From Pasteurella multocida (lineage in GTDB: Bacteria > Pseudomonadota > Gammaproteobacteria > Enterobacterales > Pasteurellaceae): a stretch of 32,000 bases of DNA. The stretch is from contig NZ_LT906458.1 of assembly GCF_900187275.1 (NCBI RefSeq), positions 1,860,001 to 1,892,000 of the forward strand, given 5' to 3'. Below the pieces are notes generated by a model. It was not told the DNA's origin, did not search any database, and saw only the letters and a list, made by a program, of their open reading frames with translations. Below are positions 23,513 to 32,000 of the stretch, in pieces. A program made the position numbers and the translations under genes. Every line of letters starts with the position of its first letter. The stretch's first letter is position 1.

Positions 23513-23983
23513 TTATAGATGATGTTTTTCACGTAGCTTCGCTAACAGGGCATCGCAACATGGATTGAGTAGCTGATAGGTTTGGTTAAAATCTTTGCTA
23601 TACCAAGGGTCAGGAATATGATCATAACCTAAATCAGGACAAAGCTCGGTTATTTTGAAAAGCTTATCAGGATGATGACCGAAAAGGCGCTCTAAGTCTT
23701 GCAGATTACTGTTATCCATCGCGATAATATAATCAAATTCTTGCCAGTGCTGGCGCTGAACCTTTTTGCTACGAAAGCCAGTACTATCAATATGACATTG
23801 ATCTAATATATCCGCCGTTCCACAATGCATATCTTCACCGTCATGCCAACCAGATGTTCCTGCACTACTGGTTTTTATTACCGTTTCCAATCCAGCCTGC
23901 TTAATTTTCTCACGCATCAGAAACTCCGCCATAGGTGAACGACAAATGTTACCTAAGCAAACAAATAAAAGATGAATCGTCAT
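23513..23983 (-). CDS. Low molecular weight protein-tyrosine phosphatase
   Basis: 156 aa with the N-terminal CX5R loop (VCLGNICRSPMAE) and the general-acid DPWY motif. Confidence 0.93.
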   Translation of the reverse strand: MTIHLLFVCLGNICRSPMAEFLMREKIKQAGLETVIKTSSAGTSGWHDGEDMHCGTADILDQCHIDSTGFRSKKVQRQHWQEFDYIIAMDNSNLQDLERLFGHHPDKLFKITELCPDLGYDHIPDPWYSKDFNQTYQLLNPCCDALLAKLREKHHL

Positions 23984-24097
23984 GTTACTTTCCTTTTCCT
24001 GACATTATTTTTATCGTAATAAAATACAATTCGGCTCTATTCAATAAAATCGAATAGAGCCGAATTTAGGTTACATATTTTTAGCCTTCGCTAAGGA

Positions 24098-27000
24098 TTA
24101 CCATTGATAACCTGCACCGATACTTGCACCAAAGTCACCACGCGAGTTTGTGTTACCCGTTAATTTGATGATGACTTTACCGTTATCAGAAATACGGGAC
24201 ATACCCAATGCAATTGCGTTTTGTCCTTTGTAAGTGCCCGCTGCAACCGCAACCATGCTCTTACCTGGGATATACGCTTGTGGTAAACCAGCCGCTGCAT
24301 TCGCGCCTGCAATACCCGCACGGAGATCTTTATCCACTTTATTGATACGGTTGTTTAGAATGTTATAGCCTTGACCACTTTGGTTCATGATTTGTTTGCT
24401 CAACTCATGTAACTGGCTACCATTTACCGCATCGGTACTGGTTTCAGACACTTCTCCTTTCGCAATACCGCTAATTTTATTGGTTGTAGCATCAACTTTA
24501 ATATTTCCTGCCTGTAAGCCAGATTCACCTAAAGTTACATTATCACCAACTTTCACTTCTTTAAAGTTGACTTTATCTTTGGTTGCAACAGTAAAGACTT
24601 TTTGTCCATCGTTACCTACAGTTTCCTTGACTTCCATGTTGTTACCAGCAATCACATCTGTTCTGCTTGCTTTAATTGCATCATTGATATTGTTCTTGCC
24701 AGTACCGCCGATGTTATTATTTGTATAGGTACCTGTTGCTGGGTTATAGGTAGTATCACCACCGATGATATTCTTCACGCCCTCACCCTGAGCAAATAAT
24801 TGGCTACCATTAACAGCATCTTTGCTATCTTGTGATACATCTCCATTTGCAACATTTACTACGTTTTGATTACCTGCATCAATACCTGTTTTACTGATAC
24901 TTGGACTATTTGCAATTTTATTACCACTATCGTCAACAAAGGTTAAGCCATTGTTATCAATTTTTGTACCGCCAGCAACAGCACTATCAAATTTCACATC
25001 TTTTTGAGTTGCAACTGTGTATGTCCTACTTCCATCAGCCGCAGTTTCTGTCGTCACTTTGATGTTATCGCCTTCTACAACTGTTGTTTTAGAAGCTTTT
25101 GCTGCAGCATTGACTGCTTTGATTGCATCATGAATATTATCAGCACCAGTATCGCCAATATTTGTCATAGATAGCACACCATTCTCATTTTTAGCATTTC
25201 CACCAAGTATATTGACAGTATTATCTACTGCTTTATTAAGCTGTTCTTCTGTTGCTGCACGACCACTTTTTGCGAATGTATTACCGCCAAGTTCTTTATT
25301 AGCTAGACCTGTAATATCATTCGTTGTTTTATCAATAACAACATCACCCACCGTTGTTTTGTCAAACTCAACTTCTTTAGCTGTTTCTACTGTGTAAATC
25401 TTATTGCCATCAGGACCATCCTTTTCATTAACAACAATATTTTTACCTGCTTCTACTCCGGTCTTAGCTGCTTTAGCTGTATTATTTACGGCTTCAATCG
25501 CTGCATGAATAGTATCTTGCCCAGTTCTACCGATATTTGTCATTGTTAGGTTACCCGCAGTATTGCCATCTTTTGCAATTGTAGCATTACCACCCAATAC
25601 ATTAGTTACTAAAGTATTACCCACATTACCTAGCGTATTTAAGGCTAAATATAATTGACTGCCGTTGATAGCATCAGTACTTGTCGCATTAATACGACCA
25701 GCTGCGACGTTGGTGATTGTACGTTCTGCGTCTTTTTTACCAACACTGACTGTCGCGATAGGTGCAGTACCTGCAAACCCAGAATAAGTAAAGCTGTTGA
25801 CTGTAGCGTCTTTTGTTCCTATTTTATCTGCAGTTTCTGCTCCAGCACCTAATGCAACAGAATCAGTGTGAGCTGCAAGTGCTTGGTAGCCTAATGCTAA
25901 ACTACGATGAGCTGTACTTTTACTTCCCACAGCTAATGAAGCAGCATGATTTCCAGTTGATTCAGCAGTAGAACCAATCGCAACACTTCCTGCGCCACTG
26001 GATTTGACTCCTGCACCAATAGAAATTGCTTGCCCATTTGTTGAGTGACTATTATCACCAATCGTCACAGTGCCACGTCCAATTGCAGTGGAATTTCTAC
26101 CGATAGCAATTGCGGCTTTACCAGAAGCTTTAGTAAAGGTGCTTGCACTACCTTTAGAACCAATCGCAATCATGCCATCCTGATCTGTAGCTGAATCTGT
26201 CGCTAATAATTCTGTGACAACGCCTTGACCAATGGCAATAGAATCTTTGACTTTTGCATTGGCTTCCCGACCCATTGCAATTGCATCTTGGTTCTCTGAT
26301 TTCGCTTTATTACCAATAGCAATAGCACTACTTCCGATCGATGCTATAGCTTCCGCACCCAATGCTAAGCTACGATAAGTTAGAGCATTAGCACTGAATC
26401 CAAAAGCACCAGCTCCACCTTCAAGTGCTTTCGTGTAAGAACCTATAGCAGTTGAAGAGTCTTTCAAGGCAGTTGAACCATCACCGATAGCTACGGCAGA
26501 TTTACCATTTGCGTGTGAGTCATTACCACCAGCAAAAGCATTTTGACCGAGTGTTTCAGCAGCTTGACCAATTGCGACTGCATTTGTTCCTCTTACTAAA
26601 CTTTGAGAGCCAATCGATACAGAGCCGTTACCTGTTAATGCTGTGCCCAGTGTTGCTTTATTAATTATATTTCCCTTTTTGTCTGTAATTGTACCATCAG
26701 CTGTAAAATCACTTGAAAGAAGCCCTTTGACTGTTGCATTTGTACCCATTGCAACTGAATGAGTGCCTTCAGAATGAGTATATGTACCAATGGCTACAGA
26801 GCTAGCTCCAGTCTTTTTATAAACTTCAGCACCTTGTTTATCTACATCGTAGTTAGCACGTAAACCAATCGCGATAGCTCCAGCATCTCCAGCATTTGCG
26901 TCACGTCCCATAGCCACAGAGTGATTATTTAAGGCTCTACTTCCGTTACCCACAGCAACTGTTGTTACACCAAAAGCTTTAGCTTGCTGACCAATTGCCA

Positions 27001-27838
27001 TTGCTGCAGTTTGTGTAGCTAATGCACGTTGACCAATTGCAATAGTATTGTCTGCTGCTACGTATTTTGTATCTACAGTACCAATAACTCTATTTTTTGT
27101 TTGCATTTGAGCAATTGTTGAGCCGTTAGTAATCGCCTGCTCAATTGCTGTAGCGTGGTTTGCATAGGCTCCCATTACAATGTTATGACTGCCAGATAAA
27201 TTGCCAGCCGCACTAGTGCCTAAAACAGTATTATTATTAACATCTAAACCATTTTTTAATGCTCCATCGCCAATTGCAATATTTCTGCCTTCTTTAGTTT
27301 TATTAGATGCACTTTGGCCAGCATATCGACCAATAGAAATATCCCATTGACTGTTACCTTCAGCATTTAAACCAATTGCAATTGCTTGATCTGCCTTAGA
27401 TACTGCATTGGCACCCATTGCAATTGCACCTATTGCATTTTCCGTTTTAGAGCGAGAACCAATCGCGATGTTACTTTCACCTTTATTAGTAGCACCCATC
27501 CCTAAAACAACGGATTTAGCTGGTTTAGTGTCGTATTTATCTTCAGTTTTAGTGTCAGCATCACCACAAATGACACTTTGACTTGTAGTATTATAAAAAC
27601 AGTAATTACCATCTTTAGTTTCTGTTAGAGGATACTTATTCCCAGTAATATCAGCCGCACTCGCCGTGCCCGCTGCTAATACAACCGACGCCGCGATTAA
27701 TGTAAAACTAAAGCCACTTACGCTGTTCACTAACGCTGATTTACCTGACGCGCTTTTGCCACCTGCTTTTGCCAATTCTGAAACCACAACCCAACTTTGA
27801 GTCGCTGCATTCCATAATGTACGATAGATTTTGTTCAT
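24098..27838 (-). CDS. Trimeric autotransporter adhesin (YadA/Hia/Hsf-like)
   Basis: 1246 aa with an extended signal peptide (MNKIYRTLWNAATQSWVVVSELAK...AGTASA), many AIAIG head repeats, neck motifs (TDAINGSQLY, DAVNGSQLF, TDAVNGSQLH), TNIG stalk modules, and a C-terminal YadA anchor (GKSMVAVAAGTYKGQNAIALGMSRIS...FGASIGAGYQW). Confidence 0.96.
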   Translation of the reverse strand: MNKIYRTLWNAATQSWVVVSELAKAGGKSASGKSALVNSVSGFSFTLIAASVVLAAGTASAADITGNKYPLTETKDGNYCFYNTTSQSVICGDADTKTEDKYDTKPAKSVVLGMGATNKGESNIAIGSRSKTENAIGAIAMGANAVSKADQAIAIGLNAEGNSQWDISIGRYAGQSASNKTKEGRNIAIGDGALKNGLDVNNNTVLGTSAAGNLSGSHNIVMGAYANHATAIEQAITNGSTIAQMQTKNRVIGTVDTKYVAADNTIAIGQRALATQTAAMAIGQQAKAFGVTTVAVGNGSRALNNHSVAMGRDANAGDAGAIAIGLRANYDVDKQGAEVYKKTGASSVAIGTYTHSEGTHSVAMGTNATVKGLLSSDFTADGTITDKKGNIINKATLGTALTGNGSVSIGSQSLVRGTNAVAIGQAAETLGQNAFAGGNDSHANGKSAVAIGDGSTALKDSSTAIGSYTKALEGGAGAFGFSANALTYRSLALGAEAIASIGSSAIAIGNKAKSENQDAIAMGREANAKVKDSIAIGQGVVTELLATDSATDQDGMIAIGSKGSASTFTKASGKAAIAIGRNSTAIGRGTVTIGDNSHSTNGQAISIGAGVKSSGAGSVAIGSTAESTGNHAASLAVGSKSTAHRSLALGYQALAAHTDSVALGAGAETADKIGTKDATVNSFTYSGFAGTAPIATVSVGKKDAERTITNVAAGRINATSTDAINGSQLYLALNTLGNVGNTLVTNVLGGNATIAKDGNTAGNLTMTNIGRTGQDTIHAAIEAVNNTAKAAKTGVEAGKNIVVNEKDGPDGNKIYTVETAKEVEFDKTTVGDVVIDKTTNDITGLANKELGGNTFAKSGRAATEEQLNKAVDNTVNILGGNAKNENGVLSMTNIGDTGADNIHDAIKAVNAAAKASKTTVVEGDNIKVTTETAADGSRTYTVATQKDVKFDSAVAGGTKIDNNGLTFVDDSGNKIANSPSISKTGIDAGNQNVVNVANGDVSQDSKDAVNGSQLFAQGEGVKNIIGGDTTYNPATGTYTNNNIGGTGKNNINDAIKASRTDVIAGNNMEVKETVGNDGQKVFTVATKDKVNFKEVKVGDNVTLGESGLQAGNIKVDATTNKISGIAKGEVSETSTDAVNGSQLHELSKQIMNQSGQGYNILNNRINKVDKDLRAGIAGANAAAGLPQAYIPGKSMVAVAAGTYKGQNAIALGMSRISDNGKVIIKLTGNTNSRGDFGASIGAGYQW

Positions 27839-28017
27839 TTATTTTTTCCTTATTTATTTCAAAAGTAGAACGTCAGAAGAGCGACAGTTCTGGTGCTTGC
27901 TATCCTCATTTTTTGGATACTGCTATGAAACAAGGACGTAAAAAAATTGGTTGCTAATTCTACGACGATGGCGAAGTGAACACTATGCTTATAATGTAAA
28001 GTTCTTAAAAGAAATAA

Positions 28018-29358
28018 CTAGTTTATTAGCGACGCGTAAAGATCATAGGCATCAGCCCGCGTGATCTCGACTTCAATAAATTGTCCTGCTTTAACAGCCA
28101 CTCGATTTGGATTATCAATGTAAACTACACCATCTATTTCTGGTGCATCTGCCATGGAACGTGCAATGATGCCTTCTTCATCTACTTCGTCCACGAGCAC
28201 AGTGAAGACCTTGCCTACTTTTTGTTGTAGGCGCCTTGCAGAGATTTCTTGTTGTAACTCCATAAAGCGGTGAAAACGTGCTTCTTTCACCTCTTCTGGG
28301 ACTTGATCTGGCATTTCTGTTGCAATAGCTCCTTCTACTGGGCTGAATTTGAAACAGCCAACACGATCAAGTTGGGTTTCTTTTAAGAAATCTAAAAGAA
28401 GCTGAAAATCTTCTTCGCTTTCACCCGGAAATCCGACAATAAAGGTTGAGCGTAATGTGAGATCAGGACAGATTTCACGCCATTTTTTGATCCGTTCTAG
28501 GGTGCGCTCAATTGAACCGGGTCTTTTCATGGCTTTTAAGATTTTAGGGCTAGCATGTTGTAAGGGAATATCTAAATAAGGCAGGATTTTACTTTCCGCC
28601 ATTAATGGAATTAATTGATCAACATGTGGGTAAGGGTAAACATAATGTAAGCGTACCCACACACCGAGTTTACCCAGTTGCTCACAGAGGCTAATTAAGT
28701 TATTTTTAATTGGCATGCCATTCCAGAATACCGTTTTATTTTGTTCTTCTTTGCTACGATCTAACGCATAGGCAGAAGTATCTTGTGAAACGACCAAGAT
28801 TTCTTTTACTCCCGCTTCAACAAGGCGTTTTGCTTCATCTAATACTTGTGTAATGGAACGACTGTCTAAGTCACCACGCATGGAAGGAATAATGCAGAAG
28901 GTACAACGATGATCACAGCCTTCTGAGATTTTTAAATAAGCATAATGTTTTGGTGTCAGTTTTACACCTTGTTTAGGTACAAGATTGATATACGGATTAT
29001 AGGCAGGCTTAGGCACATATTTATGTACTTGCTGCATGACAGCTTCGTAACTATGTGGACCTGTTACTTCTAACACTTTCGGGTGGACTTCGCGAATACG
29101 ATCTTCTTTGGCACCTAAGCAACCCGTCACAATCACTTTGCCATTTTCTTCCAGCGCTTCGCCAATTGCCTCGAGGGATTCTTGTACTGCGCTGTCAATA
29201 AAACCACAAGTGTTGACAATGACAAGATCCGCATTTTCATAACTTGGAATAATATTGTAACCATCTGAACGTAACTCCGTCAGAATACGTTCAGAATCTA
29301 CTAAATTTTTAGGGCAACCGAGACTAATAAAACCAATATTGGGTAAAGAAGATGTCAT
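28018..29358 (-). CDS. rimO: Ribosomal protein uS12 methylthiotransferase RimO
   Basis: 446 aa: [22 protein letters not shown], radical-SAM motif [19 protein letters not shown], and a C-terminal TRAM domain. Confidence 0.97.
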   Translation of the reverse strand: MTSSLPNIGFISLGCPKNLVDSERILTELRSDGYNIIPSYENADLVIVNTCGFIDSAVQESLEAIGEALEENGKVIVTGCLGAKEDRIREVHPKVLEVTGPHSYEAVMQQVHKYVPKPAYNPYINLVPKQGVKLTPKHYAYLKISEGCDHRCTFCIIPSMRGDLDSRSITQVLDEAKRLVEAGVKEILVVSQDTSAYALDRSKEEQNKTVFWNGMPIKNNLISLCEQLGKLGVWVRLHYVYPYPHVDQLIPLMAESKILPYLDIPLQHASPKILKAMKRPGSIERTLERIKKWREICPDLTLRSTFIVGFPGESEEDFQLLLDFLKETQLDRVGCFKFSPVEGAIATEMPDQVPEEVKEARFHRFMELQQEISARRLQQKVGKVFTVLVDEVDEEGIIARSMADAPEIDGVVYIDNPNRVAVKAGQFIEVEITRADAYDLYASLIN

Positions 29359-29505
29359 AAAAAAGATCTCAAAAAAGGAATAAATTCGAGTAATTCTTTA
29401 TTGTACAGAATTTATCTAGAGAAGACTACGAAATAAGCAGAAAAAGTCTAAAAAAAGCAAAGAGTGGCGATAAAATCACTGAAAATCGACAATTTCTTGA
29501 AATAA

Positions 29506-29534
29506 AAAACGCTTAGACGATGGCTAAGCGTTTT
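29506..29534 (-). terminator. Intrinsic terminator downstream of udp
   Basis: AAAACGCTTAG-acgatgg-CTAAGCGTTTT. On the minus strand it is followed by TTTATTTC. Confidence 0.8.
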
Positions 29535-29553
29535 ATGTAAAGGGAATGAAAAA

Positions 29554-30312
29554 TTAAAGTAGATACGCCGCGGCTTTGACGACAATTTCAACGGCATTTT
29601 TTTCAATATCTTTCACTGCGGCTTCATTTGGGATCTCTTGCTGTGTACGGTTAACAATGGCACCCGCGACCATACCAGCGCGTAAACCTAACGCAGAACA
29701 CATCGTAAATAAAGTGGCAGATTCCATTTCAAAGTTCATGACATTAAGATCTTGCCATTGTTTTAATGAACCTTGGAAGTGGCGATAGACTTTACCACTG
29801 TACGTATCATAACGTTCTTGACCTGGGTAGAATGTATCTGATGCAGCAGTAATACCCACATATACTTTTTGGTTGGCTAATTCTGTAGCAGCTTTGTAAA
29901 GCGCATTAGTACATTCAAAATTAGCAACCGCAGGGTACTCCATCGGGGCAAAGTGTAAACTTGCGCCGTCTAAGCGTACTGCGCCTGTGGTGACAAGAAT
30001 ATCGCCAACATTGATGTGTGGTTGAATTGCGCCGGTTGTGCCAATGCGTAAGAAGGTGCGAACACCTAATTGTGCCAGTTCTTCAACGGCGATAGAAACT
30101 GAAGGTCCACCGATCCCTGTGGAACAGACGACAACAGCTTTATCTCCGATATAACCGAGCCAAGAGGTGAATTCACGGGTCGATGCTAAAAATTTTGGAC
30201 GGTCTAAAAGCTTGGCAATTTTTTCGACACGTTCTGGGGCGCCTGGGGTAATCGCTAAAGTGGCGCCTTCTAACATCGCTTTGGTTAAACCTAGATGGAA
30301 TACTTCTGACAT
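29554..30312 (-). CDS. udp: Uridine phosphorylase
   Basis: 252 aa: [64 protein letters not shown] and [12 protein letters not shown]. Confidence 0.95.
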   Translation of the reverse strand: MSEVFHLGLTKAMLEGATLAITPGAPERVEKIAKLLDRPKFLASTREFTSWLGYIGDKAVVVCSTGIGGPSVSIAVEELAQLGVRTFLRIGTTGAIQPHINVGDILVTTGAVRLDGASLHFAPMEYPAVANFECTNALYKAATELANQKVYVGITAASDTFYPGQERYDTYSGKVYRHFQGSLKQWQDLNVMNFEMESATLFTMCSALGLRAGMVAGAIVNRTQQEIPNEAAVKDIEKNAVEIVVKAAAYLL

Positions 30313-30334
30313 AATATCTCCTTATTTTATTATG

Positions 30335-30787
30335 CTAGGGTTTAATATCACGCAAAATTGGATTTTGCATTGAGATTAAAGTCTCAGTCGATTGAATTTC
30401 ATCAATTAACTGAATTTTTGAGGCTAATACAGAATGTAACTCTGCGATTGTGTGGGTCATCACTTTAATAAAAATCGAGTAATTTCCCGTGGTATAGTAA
30501 GCCTCAACAACTTCATCAAAGCCCTCCAGTTTTTTGATCACTTTATCGTAATCTTTTGCACTTTTTAAAATGATCCCGATAAAACAGCATACATCGTAAC
30601 CCAGTTTACGTTCATTTATACGCACTTTTGTGCCTTCTATGATGCCTGCTTGGCGCATTTTTTCCACACGTACATGGATAGTTCCTGGGCTCACACCGAA
30701 ATTTTTTGCCATTTCAGCGTAAGGTGTACGTGCATCTTTAGTTAAAACACGCAATATTTGCTGATCAAGATTATCAATATTGTGCAT
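30335..30787 (-). CDS. asnC: Lrp/AsnC family transcriptional regulator AsnC
   Basis: 150 aa: LDQQILRVLTKDARTPYAEMAKNFGVSPGTIHVRVEKMRQAGIIEGTKV, divergent from asnA. Confidence 0.93.
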   Translation of the reverse strand: MHNIDNLDQQILRVLTKDARTPYAEMAKNFGVSPGTIHVRVEKMRQAGIIEGTKVRINERKLGYDVCCFIGIILKSAKDYDKVIKKLEGFDEVVEAYYTTGNYSIFIKVMTHTIAELHSVLASKIQLIDEIQSTETLISMQNPILRDIKP

Positions 30788-30944
30788 AGCTGACCTTTTT
30801 TAGAATTTTTTCAAAAATAAATACGTTATATTGTATAAAATTCAAAGTATATCGCTTATTTCAAAAAAAGTATTGAGTTATAGGGCTTTTGTATTAAATA
30901 ATATTCAGTGAATTTGATGTAGTATATATTTTAAGGTATCGAAA

Positions 30945-31937
30945 ATGAAGAAATCATTTATTTTACAACAACAAGAAATTAGTTTTGCGAAGAACACGTT
31001 CACAGAAAAATTAGCAGAACATTTGGGTATTGTTGAAGTTCAAGGTCCTATCCTAAGCCAAGTTGGTAATGGTATTCAAGATAATCTTTCAGGTGCAGAG
31101 AAAGCGGTGCAAGTAAATGTGAAACAGATCACAGATGCCACCTTTGAGGTTGTTCACTCTTTAGCCAAATGGAAACGTCATACACTTGCGCGCTTTAATT
31201 TTGCACAAGGTGAAGGGTTATTTGTGCATATGACGGCACTTCGTCCAGATGAAGATTCTTTAGATCAAACCCATTCTGTGTATGTAGATCAATGGGACTG
31301 GGAAAAAGTGATTTCAGCAGAGCAACGTAACCTTGCCTATTTGAAAGAAACTGTTCGTGCTATTTATGCCGCGATTTTAGAAACGGAAGAAGCGGTAAGT
31401 AAAAAATTCGGTTTAGCCACCTTTTTGCCAAAGGATATTCAGTTTGTACACAGTGAAGAATTAGTACAACGTTTTCCGAACATGAATGATAAAGAGCGTG
31501 AAAATGCGATTTGTAAAGAATATGGCGCGGTGTTCTTAATCGGGATTGGTGGCAAATTATCTGATGGAAAACCACATGATGTACGTGCACCTGATTATGA
31601 TGACTGGACAACGCCATCAGAAGGTGAATACAAAGGATTAAACGGGGATATTTTGGTTTGGAACCCAATTTTAGAACGTGCTTTTGAATTATCTTCCATG
31701 GGGATCCGTGTGGATGAAACCGCATTACGTAAACAGCTTGCTTTAACCAACAATGAAGACCGTTTAAAATTTGATTGGCACCAAGATTTAGTCAATGGTC
31801 GTTTACCGTTATCTATCGGTGGTGGGATTGGGCGCTCACGCTTAGTGATGTTGCTATTACAGAAAAAACACATTGGTGAAGTCCAATCCAGTGTGTGGCC
31901 AAAATGGGTGATGGAGCAGTTTGATAATATTCTTTAA
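30945..31937 (+). CDS. asnA: Aspartate--ammonia ligase (asparagine synthetase A)
   Basis: 330 aa: [48 protein letters not shown] and [28 protein letters not shown]. Confidence 0.98.
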
Positions 31938-31967
31938 TTATCGTTATTTGTTTCCCTCTTGAACCAA

Positions 31968-31976
31968 AAGTGCGGT
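31968..31976 (+). repeat. Uptake signal sequence core downstream of asnA
   Basis: Exact AAGTGCGGT. A partial reverse copy (ccaccgc) begins at the window edge, suggesting another hairpin pair cut by the boundary. Confidence 0.85.
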
Positions 31977-32000
31977 GGTTTTTTCCAAGATTTCCACCGC

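Noticed and set aside
24387-25852. Plus-strand ORFs antisense to the autotransporter (24387..24728, 24602..24799) and further minus-strand frames (25212..25397, 25655..25852)
   Set aside because: Ser/Thr/Val-rich shadow frames produced by the repetitive adhesin sequence. Only the 1246-aa frame has signal, head, stalk and anchor.
24098-27838. Considered whether the dense AIAIG and TNIG repeats indicate a CRISPR-like or tandem DNA repeat array
   Set aside because: Similarity is at protein level with diverged codons, no constant repeat/spacer length, and a single intact frame.

Overview
This window reads as ordinary gamma-proteobacterial core chromosome, most like Pasteurella (inferred from gene content and the 9-mer uptake word AAGTGCGGT). 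From left to right it holds: the 3' part of zwf, pgl, a GST-family gene, two small genes, gnd, a Cof-type HAD phosphatase, comF, nfuA, tfoX/sxy (minus strand), a complete rRNA operon (16S, tRNA-Glu(UUC), 23S, 5S), and a tightly packed def-fmt-rsmB-GT2 glycosyltransferase-trkA cluster. These are followed by mscL, rraB, a SIMPL-domain protein, slyD, an IS200-type element, a YdcH-like protein, a low-Mr tyrosine phosphatase, a 1246-aa trimeric autotransporter, rimO, udp, and divergent asnC/asnA. I found no CRISPR array, phage, toxin-antitoxin or defence locus, and I do not claim a new system. The observations most worth following up are a perfect CRP-S-like (Sxy-dependent) competence operator in front of comF with sxy itself three genes along, paired uptake-sequence hairpins at gene ends, a two-copy degenerate structured intergenic element near 1.8 and 3.1-3.3 kb, a GT2 gene translationally coupled between rsmB and trkA, intact IS200 hairpins that sequester the tnpA ribosome-binding site, and repeated stalk modules in the autotransporter.
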